34,831 nucleotides of DNA from Chitinophagales bacterium (GCA_035439505.1 DAORKJ010000001.1:1-34831); one strand, 5' to 3'. Numbered from the stretch's first letter, positions 8,496 to 18,841 are shown. Numbers and translations: made by a program. The notes: a model not told the origin generated them from the sequence alone.

Positions 8496-9155
8496 TTATT
8501 TTCTTACGAGCGATTTAAGTGTTTGGATTGCAGCAATAGGGTCCGGTTCGCCAAATACACCGCTTCCGGATACCAGCACATCGACACCTGCATCTAAAAT
8601 GCGCTGTGCATTGTCCATTTTTACGCCACCATCCACCTCTATCAAGGCTTTTGAGCCTGTTTGGTTGATGAGTGCACGCAGTTTTTTTATTTTTTCAATC
8701 GAAGTTTCTATAAAACTTTGTCCCCCCCACCCCGGGTTCACGGCCATAAAACAAACAATATCGATATCTGTAATGATGTCTTCTAAAACGGATATAGAAG
8801 TTCCCGGATTAATCGCCACACCTGCCTTTGCGCCTAACTTTTTTATTTCCTGCAATGTGGCATGCAGATGGGTGCAAGCTTCCACATGAACTGAAATTGA
8901 ATCGGCACCGGCTTCTCTAAATTGTTTCAGGTAACGCTCAGGGGTAACCGTCATCAAATGCACATCCAAAGGCTTGCGGCTATGGCGTTTCATAGCTGCC
9001 ACCACCGGTATACCAAAACTCATATTGGGCACATACACGCCGTCCATAACATCCACGTGAATCCAATCTGCGGCTGAATTGTTTATCATTTCAACATCTC
9101 TGGCGATATAAGCAAAATCACAACTTAATATACTGGGTGCAACTAAATGGCTCAT
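8496..9155 (-). CDS. rpe: Ribulose-phosphate 3-epimerase
   Basis: MSHLVAPSILSCDF, HVDVMDGVYVPNMSFG and HLMTV motifs. I place the start at the Met of MSHLVAPSIL. The longer ORF reaching 9215 adds 20 residues that do not look like conserved Rpe sequence. Confidence 0.85.
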   Translation of the reverse strand: MSHLVAPSILSCDFAYIARDVEMINNSAADWIHVDVMDGVYVPNMSFGIPVVAAMKRHSRKPLDVHLMTVTPERYLKQFREAGADSISVHVEACTHLHATLQEIKKLGAKAGVAINPGTSISVLEDIITDIDIVCFMAVNPGWGGQSFIETSIEKIKKLRALINQTGSKALIEVDGGVKMDNAQRILDAGVDVLVSGSGVFGEPDPIAAIQTLKSLVRK

Positions 9156-9339
9156 GCCGCAAAGATAAGTGCTTATATTGTAAGAAATAAACCGATCGAA
9201 AACTCCATCTCTCAAATTGAGTAGCGTGTCGAAAAAATGGCTCTACTTGTCGAAAAAAGTAGCTTACTGAACTATGAATAGCAGAACTTTGTCCTGTAAA
9301 CAAAACCTCAAGTAGGTAACTTTACACAAAATTATATAG

Positions 9340-11148
9340 ATGCATATTCCATTAGAGGATTTTTTTCGTAACCCAAAACAAACGGGATTTCACATTGCTC
9401 CCGATGGACAGCATATTTCGTGGCTGGAGACTTATGCAGATAGGTTGAACATTTTTATACAAAATTTAACTTCAAAGGAAACCCGACAACTCACCTTTCA
9501 AACCGACAGAGATATCAGCAATTATTTTTGGCTCAATAATGAACAAATAGGTGTATTAAAAGATAATAACGGCGATGAAAATCATCATTTATATGCTATC
9601 AATTGTGCGAATGGAGCAATGACAGACCTCACACCATTTGAAAATGTAAAAGTTGATGTGGTAGATGAGTTGGACGATAATGATGATGAAATCCTCATTA
9701 TGATGAATCAGCGAAATCCGGTTTTGTTCGATGTTTACCGATTAAATACCAGAAACGGCTTGTTGACTATGGTAGCAGAAAATCCGGGAAATATTACCGG
9801 TTGGCTGGCAGACCACAATGGCGTTTTGCGGATTGCTATTTCAACTGATGGTGTAAATTCGAGTTTATTATATCGCAATACTGCGGATGAAAATTTTGAA
9901 AAAATTGTTACTACTAATTTTAAAGAAGGTATTTCTCCGCTTTTTTTCGATTTCCAAAATGTGGAATTATATGCATTAAGTAATATTGGCCGCGATAAAA
10001 TTGCCATTGTAAAATACAACCCTATACTTAAAGCTGAAACAGAATTATTATTTGAACATCCTGAAGTAGATATCGATAATTTAGGGTACTCCAAAAAACG
10101 AAAAGTAATTACAACAGCTGCTTATACTGCTGTTAAACGCGAATTCAAATTTTTTGATGAATGGTCCGCACGACGCTACCAAAAGGTAATTTCACTTATT
10201 GAAGAAGAAACCGAAGTTTATATAACTGATGCGGACAAAGCAGAAGAAAAATTTATAGTAAGAACTACCAGCGATACTTCTTTAGGTAATTATTATTTAT
10301 ACGATGAACCTTCGCATACATTAACGCATTTAGCCGATGTAAGTCCCTGGTTAAAAAGTGATATGTTGTGTGCCATGCAGCCAATTACTTATACATCACG
10401 TGATGGTTTGGTCATTCATGGATATTTAACGCTGCCACAAAATAAGCAGCCACAAAATTTACCATTAGTTGTTAATCCGCATGGTGGTCCATGGGCAAGA
10501 GATACCTGGCGATTTAATCCCGAAGTGCAATTTTTAGCGAACAGAGGATATGCTGTTTTGCAAATGAATTATAGAGGTTCAACAGGTTATGGAAAACAAT
10601 TTTGGGAAGCATCATTTAAACAATGGGGCAAAAAAATGCAGGATGATATTACGGATGGGGTGTTGCATTTAATTCAATTAGGGATAGCCGATAAAAACAA
10701 AGTAGCAATTTATGGCGCTAGTTATGGCGGATATGCCGCATTGGCAGGATTAACATTTACACCCGAATTATATGCGTGTGGAGTGGACTATGTAGGAGTA
10801 AGTAATCTATTCACATTTATGGAAACTATTCCTCCTTATTGGGAGCCTTATATTGCCATGATGTATGAAATGGTTGGTCATCCGGAAATTGATGCAGCAC
10901 TTTTGGCTGCTTCTTCTCCTGTAATGCATATAGATAAAATCAAAGCCCCGTTGTTTGTGGCTCAGGGCGCAATGGACCCACGAGTAAAAAAATCGGAAAG
11001 CGACCAAATTGTTACAGCATTACGTGAAAAAAATATTGATGTAGATTATATGGTAAAAGACAACGAAGGGCACGGTTTTGCGAATCAGGAGAATCGTTTT
11101 GAATTTTATACCGCTATGGAACAATTTTTAGCTAAACATATGCAATAA
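9340..11148 (+). CDS. S9 family serine peptidase (prolyl oligopeptidase / dipeptidyl-aminopeptidase type, beta-propeller plus alpha/beta hydrolase)
   Basis: Catalytic-serine motif GASYGGY. A downstream D and H lie in the hydrolase-domain context (DPRV...GHGF). 602 aa with no signal peptide. Confidence 0.85.
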   Translation: MHIPLEDFFRNPKQTGFHIAPDGQHISWLETYADRLNIFIQNLTSKETRQLTFQTDRDISNYFWLNNEQIGVLKDNNGDENHHLYAINCANGAMTDLTPFENVKVDVVDELDDNDDEILIMMNQRNPVLFDVYRLNTRNGLLTMVAENPGNITGWLADHNGVLRIAISTDGVNSSLLYRNTADENFEKIVTTNFKEGISPLFFDFQNVELYALSNIGRDKIAIVKYNPILKAETELLFEHPEVDIDNLGYSKKRKVITTAAYTAVKREFKFFDEWSARRYQKVISLIEEETEVYITDADKAEEKFIVRTTSDTSLGNYYLYDEPSHTLTHLADVSPWLKSDMLCAMQPITYTSRDGLVIHGYLTLPQNKQPQNLPLVVNPHGGPWARDTWRFNPEVQFLANRGYAVLQMNYRGSTGYGKQFWEASFKQWGKKMQDDITDGVLHLIQLGIADKNKVAIYGASYGGYAALAGLTFTPELYACGVDYVGVSNLFTFMETIPPYWEPYIAMMYEMVGHPEIDAALLAASSPVMHIDKIKAPLFVAQGAMDPRVKKSESDQIVTALREKNIDVDYMVKDNEGHGFANQENRFEFYTAMEQFLAKHMQ

Positions 11149-11159
11149 ATAATCAAACT

Positions 11160-12023
11160 ATGTTCAAAATAATCGCAGTTTATATTATTGGAATTTGCCT
11201 ACATGTTGGAACACTTGCTGCACAAGAATTTAACAACTCCTTATTATGGAAAATTAGCGGCAATGGTTTAACAACACCTTCCTATATTTTTGGCACTATA
11301 CATATGATAGATCAAAAAGATTTTGTTGTTCAACCTGAAGTAGATTCCGTTTTTAATTTGGCAGGCAAAGCTTGTTTTGAATTAAAAATGGACGATATCA
11401 GTATGTTGGCTGTATACAATAAATGGTTGACCCTGCCCGAAGGTAAAACACTAAAAGATTATTGCACTGACGATGAATTTATTCAATTAAAACAATATAT
11501 GCAGGATAGTCTGCAAACTGACATACAAACCATAATTAATCAAAAACCATTTGTCATTTATCAAATGCAATCCACCAATTTCATTAAAGGTGAAATGGCA
11601 TCTTTTGAATTATATTTTGTTCAAAACTGTATGCAAAAAGGTAAACCAATTGGCGGATTAGAAAAATTGGAGACTCAATTGGCTGTTTTTGATGCAATAC
11701 CCTACGAAGAGCAAATAGACTGGGTTGTAGACGGTATTAATGATTCTGATTCCAGTTACCGATATTACGATACACTCATCCATTATTATTTAACTGCCGA
11801 CCTCGTTAGCTTATCAAATTTTATGAAAGAAAGCGATGAAGAATTTAAAAAATACGGACCACTCATGCTCGACAACCGAAATATAAATTGGATTCCTGTA
11901 ATTGAAGAACAAATTAAAATTCAATCCACATTTATAGCAGTTGGTGCCGGACATCTTGTTGGCGAAAAAGGCATTTTACAATTATTACACAACCAGGGAT
12001 ATGTAATTTCACCTATACAATAA
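11160..12023 (+). CDS. TraB/GumN (PrgY/Tiki-like) family protein, secreted
   Basis: Signal peptide followed by the family-typical LLWKISGNGLTTPSYIFGTIHM motif. Lies 11 bp after the peptidase gene. Confidence 0.8.
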   Translation: MFKIIAVYIIGICLHVGTLAAQEFNNSLLWKISGNGLTTPSYIFGTIHMIDQKDFVVQPEVDSVFNLAGKACFELKMDDISMLAVYNKWLTLPEGKTLKDYCTDDEFIQLKQYMQDSLQTDIQTIINQKPFVIYQMQSTNFIKGEMASFELYFVQNCMQKGKPIGGLEKLETQLAVFDAIPYEEQIDWVVDGINDSDSSYRYYDTLIHYYLTADLVSLSNFMKESDEEFKKYGPLMLDNRNINWIPVIEEQIKIQSTFIAVGAGHLVGEKGILQLLHNQGYVISPIQ

Positions 12024-12030
12024 ATGAATT

Positions 12031-12813
12031 ATGATAACAATTACCAATTTATCCAAATCGTTTCAGCTATCCAGACAGCAAAAAAAAGAAATGGGCAATG
12101 CACAACATGGCGACACCGTACATGCTGTTAAAAACATTTCGTTGACTTGTCAACCCGGCAGAGTATTTACCTTGTTAGGACCAAATGGTGCCGGTAAAAC
12201 AACCACATTGCGCATGATTGCCACCATATTAAAACCTACCTCCGGTACTATAGTGGTAAATGGTTACGACACTGTAGCCAATGGAAAAGAAGTACGTCAA
12301 AATCTAGGTTTTTTAACAGGCTCAACAGGTTTATACGACCGCTTAACACCGGATGAAACTATCAACTATTTTGGCAGACTAAATGGCATGGATGAAACAA
12401 CATTACAACGTAGAAAAAAAGAATTATTCGATTTATTGGGTATTCATGAGTTTGCGCATCGTCGTGTAGGGAAATTTAGTACCGGTATGAAACAAAAAGT
12501 ATCGATAGCGCGCACAATGATTCACGACCCTCAAGTAGTAGTGTTTGATGAACCTACATCAGGTTTAGATGTAATTGCAGCTAAAAGTATTATCGAATTA
12601 ATCAGACAGTGTAAACGCGACAATAAAACTGTTATTCTTTCTACCCATATTATGAGTGAAGTAAATATGCTTGCCGATGATTTAGCCATTATTTATCGCG
12701 GTGATTTAATCTATAACGGCTTATTCACCGATTTTAAACAAGGCATGCGGGAAGCAACACTTGAAGACGAATTTATTCGTATGGCTCAGGAACACGAACC
12801 GGCAACTATTTAA
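12031..12813 (+). CDS. ABC transporter ATP-binding protein
   Basis: Walker A GPNGAGKTT, signature FSTGMKQKVSIAR, Walker B VVVFDEPTSGLD, H-loop STHIM. Confidence 0.9.
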   Translation: MITITNLSKSFQLSRQQKKEMGNAQHGDTVHAVKNISLTCQPGRVFTLLGPNGAGKTTTLRMIATILKPTSGTIVVNGYDTVANGKEVRQNLGFLTGSTGLYDRLTPDETINYFGRLNGMDETTLQRRKKELFDLLGIHEFAHRRVGKFSTGMKQKVSIARTMIHDPQVVVFDEPTSGLDVIAAKSIIELIRQCKRDNKTVILSTHIMSEVNMLADDLAIIYRGDLIYNGLFTDFKQGMREATLEDEFIRMAQEHEPATI

Positions 12814-12833
12814 TTCACTTTCTAATCGTTATT

Positions 12834-14042
12834 ATGAAAAATATATTCACCATCTTTTCAAAAGAAATAAAAGATATTCTCCGCGATAAACGCACACTAA
12901 CAGTAATGTTACTTATTCCATTGGTTGTTTATCCTGCAATTTTTATTGGTATTACTAAATATATGACAGCACAAAATGAAAAAGCGGTAGCTCAAACCTT
13001 GCGTGTTGGTATTATAAATAACGGCAACCAATCTGATTTTGAAACATTTGTCAGCACAATGCCCAACACTAAAATAAGTGCAGTTAGCGATACTACAGCA
13101 GCAAAAGAAGCCATTTTATCCGACAGCATCGACGTTGCGTATTTTTTCCCGGAAGGATTTGATTCGGCTGTTGCAAAATTACAAGGAACAGGTTTTCAAT
13201 ATTTTTATACGTCAACCAACAATGAATTTGAAGTAGCTATTATTGAAAATATTAATACCGTTTACAAACAAGCATTAGTTAAAAAGAAATTAGCACAAAT
13301 TGAAGTAAGTGAAACCGTATTGGAACCTGCTAAAAGTATTTCACGCAACCTGGCATCAGCCCGCGAACAATTGGGAAGTGTAATTGGTGGCATTTTACCT
13401 TACTTCTTTATCATTTTTTGTATGATTGGTTGTATGTATCCGGCAATTGATTTAGCAGCAGGTGAAAAAGAACGTGGATCGCTGGAAACATTATTGGTAT
13501 CATCCGCAAGCAGAATTGAAATTTATACCGGAAAACTGATGACTGTTGCGCTTAGCGGATTTTTATCAGCAATGGCCAGTATTGTTGGTCTGATAATTTC
13601 GGGACAAATAATCGGGAGCGATACATCATCGGGCGACGAAATGGCTCAAATTGCTAAAGTTTTATCCGATATTCTCGAACCTGGTTCCATTATTATGATG
13701 CTGGTAATCTTATTACCATTAAACATATTTTTTGCTGCTATCACATTAATGTTATCCATATATGCCAGAACATTTAAGGAAGCACAAAGTATGATTACGC
13801 CTTTAATGATTTTAATTGTATTTCCAACCATTATTGGTATGTTGCCGGGGGTAACACTTGATTACACCACTGCACTGATTCCTATTTTGAACGTTTCGCT
13901 CGGTGCTAAAGAAATAATTTCTGGAACAATTGAAACCGGACCACTGTTGCTTACCTATGCGGCATTATTTGTTTATGCAGCTATTGCATTGATTATCAGT
14001 GTGCGATTCTTCAATAATGAAAAGAATATTTTGAGAGGATAA
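12834..14042 (+). CDS. ABC-2 type transporter permease (NatB-like)
   Basis: One N-terminal TM, a large periplasmic loop, then about five C-terminal TM helices. Lies 20 bp after the ATPase gene. 402 aa. Confidence 0.75.
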   Translation: MKNIFTIFSKEIKDILRDKRTLTVMLLIPLVVYPAIFIGITKYMTAQNEKAVAQTLRVGIINNGNQSDFETFVSTMPNTKISAVSDTTAAKEAILSDSIDVAYFFPEGFDSAVAKLQGTGFQYFYTSTNNEFEVAIIENINTVYKQALVKKKLAQIEVSETVLEPAKSISRNLASAREQLGSVIGGILPYFFIIFCMIGCMYPAIDLAAGEKERGSLETLLVSSASRIEIYTGKLMTVALSGFLSAMASIVGLIISGQIIGSDTSSGDEMAQIAKVLSDILEPGSIIMMLVILLPLNIFFAAITLMLSIYARTFKEAQSMITPLMILIVFPTIIGMLPGVTLDYTTALIPILNVSLGAKEIISGTIETGPLLLTYAALFVYAAIALIISVRFFNNEKNILRG

Positions 14043-14070
14043 AAGTAAATTCCTTTAAACTGAACACTTA

Positions 14071-14107
14071 ACCCGGTAATCCACCATTACCGGGTTATTT
14101 TTTTTTC
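14071..14107 (+). terminator. Rho-independent terminator closing the peptidase-TraB-ABC cluster
   Basis: Stem acccggtaat / attaccgggt with loop ccacc, followed by a T9-10 tract. Confidence 0.7.
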
Positions 14108-14240
14108 GCCAATTGCGTTTTGTACCTGAACATTGCAATCCCAAATTTTGTTAACTGAATGTTGACAATTAGCAGGCCCACACACTGTTAGCATTGTTAA
14201 TTTTAAATCGTTTTTATAATTTTCGTTAGAATTTAGATCC

Positions 14241-14717
14241 ATGGAGAATTTATTTTGGAAAATCAAGAGTTTTCACCAGTTAAATGTGTTCGAATTGTAT
14301 GGCATTTTGCGTTTAAGGCAGGAGGTGTTTGCATTGGAACAAAACTGTGTTTATCTTGATGTTGATGGAAAAGACCAATTTTGTGACCATATTTTCGGTG
14401 TGGATGACGCAGGTAAAGTAATCGCATATTGTCGCATAGTTCAACCGGAAACCGGCTTTAGTGAAGTTTCCATCGGACGGGTAGCAACTCACCCTGAGCA
14501 CCGCAATCACGGTTATGGCAAATTGGTAATGGATAAAGCAATCAATTTTATTGAGGATAAATATGGTCCGGTTTCTATCAAAATTGAAGCCCAGTATTAT
14601 TTGGAGAAATTCTATTCCGGATATGCTTTTGAGCCTAAAAGTGAGGTTTACTTACTCGACGGAATTGAGCATATTGAGATGGTACGCGAGAAGAACGCTG
14701 TACATGCCCGAGTTTAA
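14241..14717 (+). CDS. GNAT family N-acetyltransferase (ElaA-like)
   Basis: LRQEVFALEQNCVYLDVDGKD and the acetyl-CoA-binding-like segment RNHGYGKLVM. 158 aa. Confidence 0.75.
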   Translation: MENLFWKIKSFHQLNVFELYGILRLRQEVFALEQNCVYLDVDGKDQFCDHIFGVDDAGKVIAYCRIVQPETGFSEVSIGRVATHPEHRNHGYGKLVMDKAINFIEDKYGPVSIKIEAQYYLEKFYSGYAFEPKSEVYLLDGIEHIEMVREKNAVHARV

Positions 14718-14812
14718 CCCGTAACCCACACCACATGTGATATTTGTTTTGCAAAATTTTGTTACTATTGTGACAGAATAAATCAATATTTGTTAACCTA
14801 AAAATCAGTATT

Positions 14813-15226
14813 ATGGGAATGTTAAAAGAATTCAAAGATTTTGCCATGAAGGGCAACTTAATCGATTTAGCAGTCGGTTTTGTTATGGGAGCTGCCTTTA
14901 CAGCAGTCACAACTTCATTTATTAATGGCATCGTTATGCCTTTGGTAAGTTTAATAGCCGGCAAAGATTTTTCGGCATGGAAAATTGTATTGCGCAAAGC
15001 TGAATTGGATGCAGCCGGTGTTGCAACAAAACCGGAAATTGCAATTTTATATGGCACCTTTATTTCCGCTGCTATTTACTTCATCATTGTAGCTTTTGTG
15101 ATGTTTATAGTAATTAAAGCTATCAATGCTATGAAGAAAAAAGAAGCTGAAGCTCCTGCAGCTCCACCTGCACCTTCTGCTCAAGAAGTATTACTCGCTG
15201 AAATCCGCGATTTACTGAAAAAATAA
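14813..15226 (+). CDS. mscL: Large-conductance mechanosensitive channel MscL
   Basis: MLKEFKDFAMKGNLIDLAVGFVMGAAF. The Ala/Pro-rich C-terminal helix is not typical of MscL. The start may instead be the third codon (14819). Confidence 0.9.
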   Translation: MGMLKEFKDFAMKGNLIDLAVGFVMGAAFTAVTTSFINGIVMPLVSLIAGKDFSAWKIVLRKAELDAAGVATKPEIAILYGTFISAAIYFIIVAFVMFIVIKAINAMKKKEAEAPAAPPAPSAQEVLLAEIRDLLKK

Positions 15227-15234
15227 TAATCCAA

Positions 15235-15275
15235 CCAATGCCTTCCTCACAATGAAGGCATTGGTGTTTTTATTT
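15235..15275 (+). terminator. Rho-independent terminator after mscL
   Basis: Stem ccaatgccttc / gaaggcattgg followed by tgtttttatttgg. Confidence 0.7.
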
Positions 15276-15324
15276 GGCTCGATTGTTGCCAATCGGGGAT
15301 AAAATCAAACTTACAAACATATTT

Positions 15325-16254
15325 ATGAAAAATTTATTTACGCTTGCTGTGCTAATGAGCATTGTTACGTTATCATTTGGCCAATCTGATACCACTTGGA
15401 AAAAAGGTGGTGGTGCTATTTTAAATTTCAACCAAACTTCGCTTACCAATTGGGCAGCCGGGGGAGAAAGTAACTTGTCGTCAACTATCCTCACTAATTT
15501 TTATGCCAATTACAAATTTGGCAAAACAACATGGGACAATACCCTTAACATGAATTATGGTTTAATTACTGCAAATAATTATTCCGATATCAGAAAAAAT
15601 GAAGACCGTATCGAATTAAACAGTAAATATGGTCGATATGCTTTTGCTGACGACTTTTATTATTCAGGTATGCTCAACTTCCTGACTCAATTTGCTGATG
15701 GTTTCGATTATTTAACCGACCCGGAAGCAGTTATGCCAATATCCAAATTGTTAAGTCCCGGATACCTTACGGCTGCAGTAGGTTTGGACTGGAAACCAAG
15801 TGAAAAATTTTCACTGTTCCTCTCCCCTGCTACAGGTAAATTCACTTTTGTGATGGATGATGTTATTGCATCTACTGTAACCGACACAGTAAATAACAAA
15901 AACCGTTATGGTGTTGATGCTGCCGAAAATTTACGTGCAGAATTCGGTGCTTCCATGGTGGCTGCATTAAATACACCAATAGGAAAAAACACGAGCTTAT
16001 CTTCTAAACTAACTTTATTCAACAACTACACTGATCCTATCACCGAACACAGAGGAAATATTGACGTTGATTTTCAAAATAACCTGAATATTAAAATCAG
16101 CAAATATTTTGCAACAACCATTTTCCTTCAGGTATTATACGACCACGATATCGCAATTGCTACTTATAACGATGATGATGTGCAAATTGGCACAGGTCCT
16201 AAAACACAATTTAAAGAAGTGTTTGGCATTGGATTAAGTTATTCGTTCCAATAA
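15325..16254 (+). CDS. Secreted outer-membrane-type protein, DUF3078-like
   Basis: Signal peptide MKNLFTLAVLMSIVTLSFGQ. WKKGGGAILNFNQTSLTNWAAGGE motif. Beta-rich protein with a C-terminal aromatic residue (..SYSFQ). The 15274 alternative start would run into the mscL terminator. Confidence 0.55.
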   Translation: MKNLFTLAVLMSIVTLSFGQSDTTWKKGGGAILNFNQTSLTNWAAGGESNLSSTILTNFYANYKFGKTTWDNTLNMNYGLITANNYSDIRKNEDRIELNSKYGRYAFADDFYYSGMLNFLTQFADGFDYLTDPEAVMPISKLLSPGYLTAAVGLDWKPSEKFSLFLSPATGKFTFVMDDVIASTVTDTVNNKNRYGVDAAENLRAEFGASMVAALNTPIGKNTSLSSKLTLFNNYTDPITEHRGNIDVDFQNNLNIKISKYFATTIFLQVLYDHDIAIATYNDDDVQIGTGPKTQFKEVFGIGLSYSFQ

Positions 16255-16278
16255 TAAATTAACCCTTATTCATTTATA

Positions 16279-16312
16279 ATAGGCTGTCACACCACGATAG
16301 CCTATTTTTTTT
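16279..16312 (+). terminator. Rho-independent terminator after the DUF3078-like gene
   Basis: Hairpin ataggctgtcacaccacgatagcctat followed by T8. Confidence 0.65.
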
Positions 16313-16340
16313 GTATTCATTCAAATAATACCCCAAAATA

Positions 16341-16377
16341 AAACAGCGCCATTTAATTAATTACTTAAATGGCGCTG
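16341..16377 (-). terminator. Rho-independent terminator for the convergent CoA-transferase gene
   Basis: Perfect 13-bp stem cagcgccatttaa / ttaaatggcgctg. The minus-strand read-out is followed by ttttattttgg. Confidence 0.7.
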
Positions 16378-16420
16378 CTATAATAATATAACCTATTTCG
16401 AAAATGTACTATTAGCTGGA

Positions 16421-17710
16421 TTAAACAAAAACTTTAAATCTTTCGAAACAAGATTGGTGCAACATGGCTCTGTCGTCAGGATGAGCAATTTCAATTAATG
16501 CTTTTGCTCGTTGACGCAAATTTTTTCCGAACAAATAAGCTACACCGTATTCAGTTACTAAATAATGCACATGAGCTCTTGTTGTAACAACACCTGCACC
16601 AGGTTTTAAAACAGGAACTATTCGTGAAATACCTTTTGCCGTACGTGACGACAATGCAATAATTGGTTTACCTCCTTCACTTAATGCCGCTCCACGCATG
16701 AAATCCATTTGCCCGCCAACACCAGAATATTGAATAGTGCCAATACTATCCGCACAAACCTGACCGGTAATATCTACTTCTATAGCGCTGTTAATGGCAA
16801 CTACTTTATCGTTTTGTTTGATAATGGAAGGTTCATTTACGTAATCGATATCCAAAAATTCAAATGCCGGATTATCATCTACATAATCATACAATTTTTT
16901 TGATCCTAATGCAAATCCGGATACTGTTGTATTTGGATGAATTTTTTTGTATTTATTATTGACAATATCAGCATCAAAAAGCGGAATTAAACCATCTGAA
17001 AACATTTCGGTATGCACGCCTAAATCTTTGTGATTGGTAAGTGCTTTTAATACAGCATCCGGAATGGCGCCAATACCCATTTGTAAAGTACTTCTGTCCT
17101 CTATTAATCCGGCAATATGTTGCGCAATTTGTAATTCAGCTTCTCCTACCCTTTCACCAAATGATGCTTCATGTAAAGGTTCTTCTACATACACCATAGA
17201 ATGAAAACGCGATGAGTGTATCAAACTATCACCATGCGTTCTTGGCACTTGTGGATTAACCTGAGCAATTACGTATTTAGCTGTATTCACGGCAGTTCTG
17301 GCAATATCAACAGAAACACCTAATGAACAATAACCATGTTTGTCGGGAGGAGAAACGTGCACCAATGCTACATCTAAGGTTAAAATTCCTCTTTTAAATA
17401 ATTCGGGAATTTCGCTTAAAAATACCGGTATGTAATCTGCAAAACCACTGTTTACATCTGAACGAATACTGTTAGACACAAACATCGAATTCATACGAAA
17501 ACTATCGCGGTATTCCGGTTGGTCAACATACATATCGCCATACACACTGATAAATACCAATTCAACATCGGTTAATGTATTACTGCGTTGGGCAAGATGT
17601 TTTAATAAATGTGTAGGTGTGCATGCACTTCCATGCACAAAAACCCGGTCGCCCGATTTAATACAACTAAGTGCTTCATCGGCTGAAATATAATGCGGTG
17701 TAGTATACAT
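16421..17710 (-). CDS. Acetyl-CoA hydrolase/transferase family protein (4-hydroxybutyrate / succinyl-CoA:acetate CoA-transferase type)
   Basis: 429 aa. The family-typical N-terminus (ISADEALSCIKSGDRVFVHGSACTP) and overall architecture match the AcetylCoA_hydro/transferase family. Confidence 0.8.
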   Translation of the reverse strand: MYTTPHYISADEALSCIKSGDRVFVHGSACTPTHLLKHLAQRSNTLTDVELVFISVYGDMYVDQPEYRDSFRMNSMFVSNSIRSDVNSGFADYIPVFLSEIPELFKRGILTLDVALVHVSPPDKHGYCSLGVSVDIARTAVNTAKYVIAQVNPQVPRTHGDSLIHSSRFHSMVYVEEPLHEASFGERVGEAELQIAQHIAGLIEDRSTLQMGIGAIPDAVLKALTNHKDLGVHTEMFSDGLIPLFDADIVNNKYKKIHPNTTVSGFALGSKKLYDYVDDNPAFEFLDIDYVNEPSIIKQNDKVVAINSAIEVDITGQVCADSIGTIQYSGVGGQMDFMRGAALSEGGKPIIALSSRTAKGISRIVPVLKPGAGVVTTRAHVHYLVTEYGVAYLFGKNLRQRAKALIEIAHPDDRAMLHQSCFERFKVFV

Positions 17711-17814
17711 AATTATAAATTATTGATGACAAGCGGCAATATTGATTATTGCCAATTGATTTTAATTAATACCGCAAAATTAGACAGGTAATCTAACAAG
17801 AAAGTTGATAAAAA

Positions 17815-18789
17815 TCACCAACCGAGCACCCAGGCAAAAATTAATGGGGCAACAATAGTGGCATCACTTTCTACAATAAACTTAGGTGTATGGATATCTA
17901 ATTTTCCCCAGGTAATTTTTTCGTTTGGAACGGCACCCGAATAACTACCGTATGAAGTGGTAGAATCAGATATCTGACAGAAATAACTCCAGAATGGAAC
18001 ATCATGCCATTCCAAATCCTGATACATCATAGGCACTACACAAATTGGGAAATCACCTGCAATACCACCGCCAATTTGGAAAAATCCAACACCTTTGCCT
18101 GCCGAATTATTTCTATACCAATCGCTTAACCAAACCATATATTCGATACCACTTTTCATGGTAGAAGCTTTTAATTCGCCTTTAATACAATAGGAAGCAA
18201 AAATATTTCCCATAGTGCTATCCTCCCATCCCGGAACTACAATCGGAATATTTTTTTCCGCAGCAGCTATCATCCATGAATTTTTAGGATCAATTTCATA
18301 TCCTTCCTTCATGACACCGCTCAATAACAATTTATACATATACTCATGTGGGAAATAACGTTCACCTGCAGCTTCGGCATCCATCCATATTTTTACAATA
18401 TGTTGCTGAATTTTACGAAATGCCTCTTCCTCAGGAATACAGGTATCGGTTACACGATTTAAACCTTGTTCCAACAATTCCCATTCCTGCTCCGGAGTCA
18501 GGTCGCGGTAATTGGGAACGCGTTTGTAATGAGAATGTGCAACCAGATTCATGATATCTTCCTCAAGATTGGCTCCTGTGCAGCTAATAATATCTACTTT
18601 ACCCTGACGAATCATTTCAGCAAATGAAATACCTAACTCACCCGTACTCATAGCGCCGGCAAGGGTTACCATCATTTTGCCACCTTCCAGCAAATGTTGC
18701 TCATACCCTTTTGCAGCATCAACCAATGCGGCTGCGTTAAAGTGGCGATAGTGGTGCTGTATAAAATTCGAAATAGGTCCTTTGTTCAT
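17815..18789 (-). CDS. Deoxyhypusine synthase family protein (bacterial homologue)
   Basis: 324 aa. DHS-like motifs GAMSTGELG, GANLEEDIMNLVAHSHY and IGGGIAGDF. Confidence 0.8.
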   Translation of the reverse strand: MNKGPISNFIQHHYRHFNAAALVDAAKGYEQHLLEGGKMMVTLAGAMSTGELGISFAEMIRQGKVDIISCTGANLEEDIMNLVAHSHYKRVPNYRDLTPEQEWELLEQGLNRVTDTCIPEEEAFRKIQQHIVKIWMDAEAAGERYFPHEYMYKLLLSGVMKEGYEIDPKNSWMIAAAEKNIPIVVPGWEDSTMGNIFASYCIKGELKASTMKSGIEYMVWLSDWYRNNSAGKGVGFFQIGGGIAGDFPICVVPMMYQDLEWHDVPFWSYFCQISDSTTSYGSYSGAVPNEKITWGKLDIHTPKFIVESDATIVAPLIFAWVLGW

Positions 18790-18841
18790 TGTTCAATATT
18801 TTGAACTGCAAAGTAACAAAAAAAATGGCGCTTCCGGACAT

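Noticed and set aside
8398-8889. 163-aa plus-strand ORF overlapping rpe and the end of the receptor gene
   Set aside because: It is antisense to the conserved rpe coding sequence. The C7 run at 8722..8728 is simply the Trp-Gly-Gly codons (PGWGGQ) of rpe read on the other strand. It is not a contingency locus.
9118-9303. 61-aa minus-strand ORF upstream of rpe
   Set aside because: It lies in the divergent promoter region between rpe and the S9 peptidase and overlaps the unlikely N-terminal extension of rpe. No coding signal.
14635-15057. 140-aa minus-strand ORF spanning the GNAT 3' end and the mscL 5' half
   Set aside because: It is antisense to the highly conserved MscL N-terminus. The ORF runs through the mscL promoter gap. 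No signal supports it.
17733-17753. Hairpin ggcaatattgattattgcc between the CoA-transferase and DHS-like genes as a terminator
   Set aside because: It is not followed by a U-tract on the minus strand, and it lies in the promoter region of the CoA-transferase gene. It is more likely a regulatory dyad or coincidence, and too weak to call.
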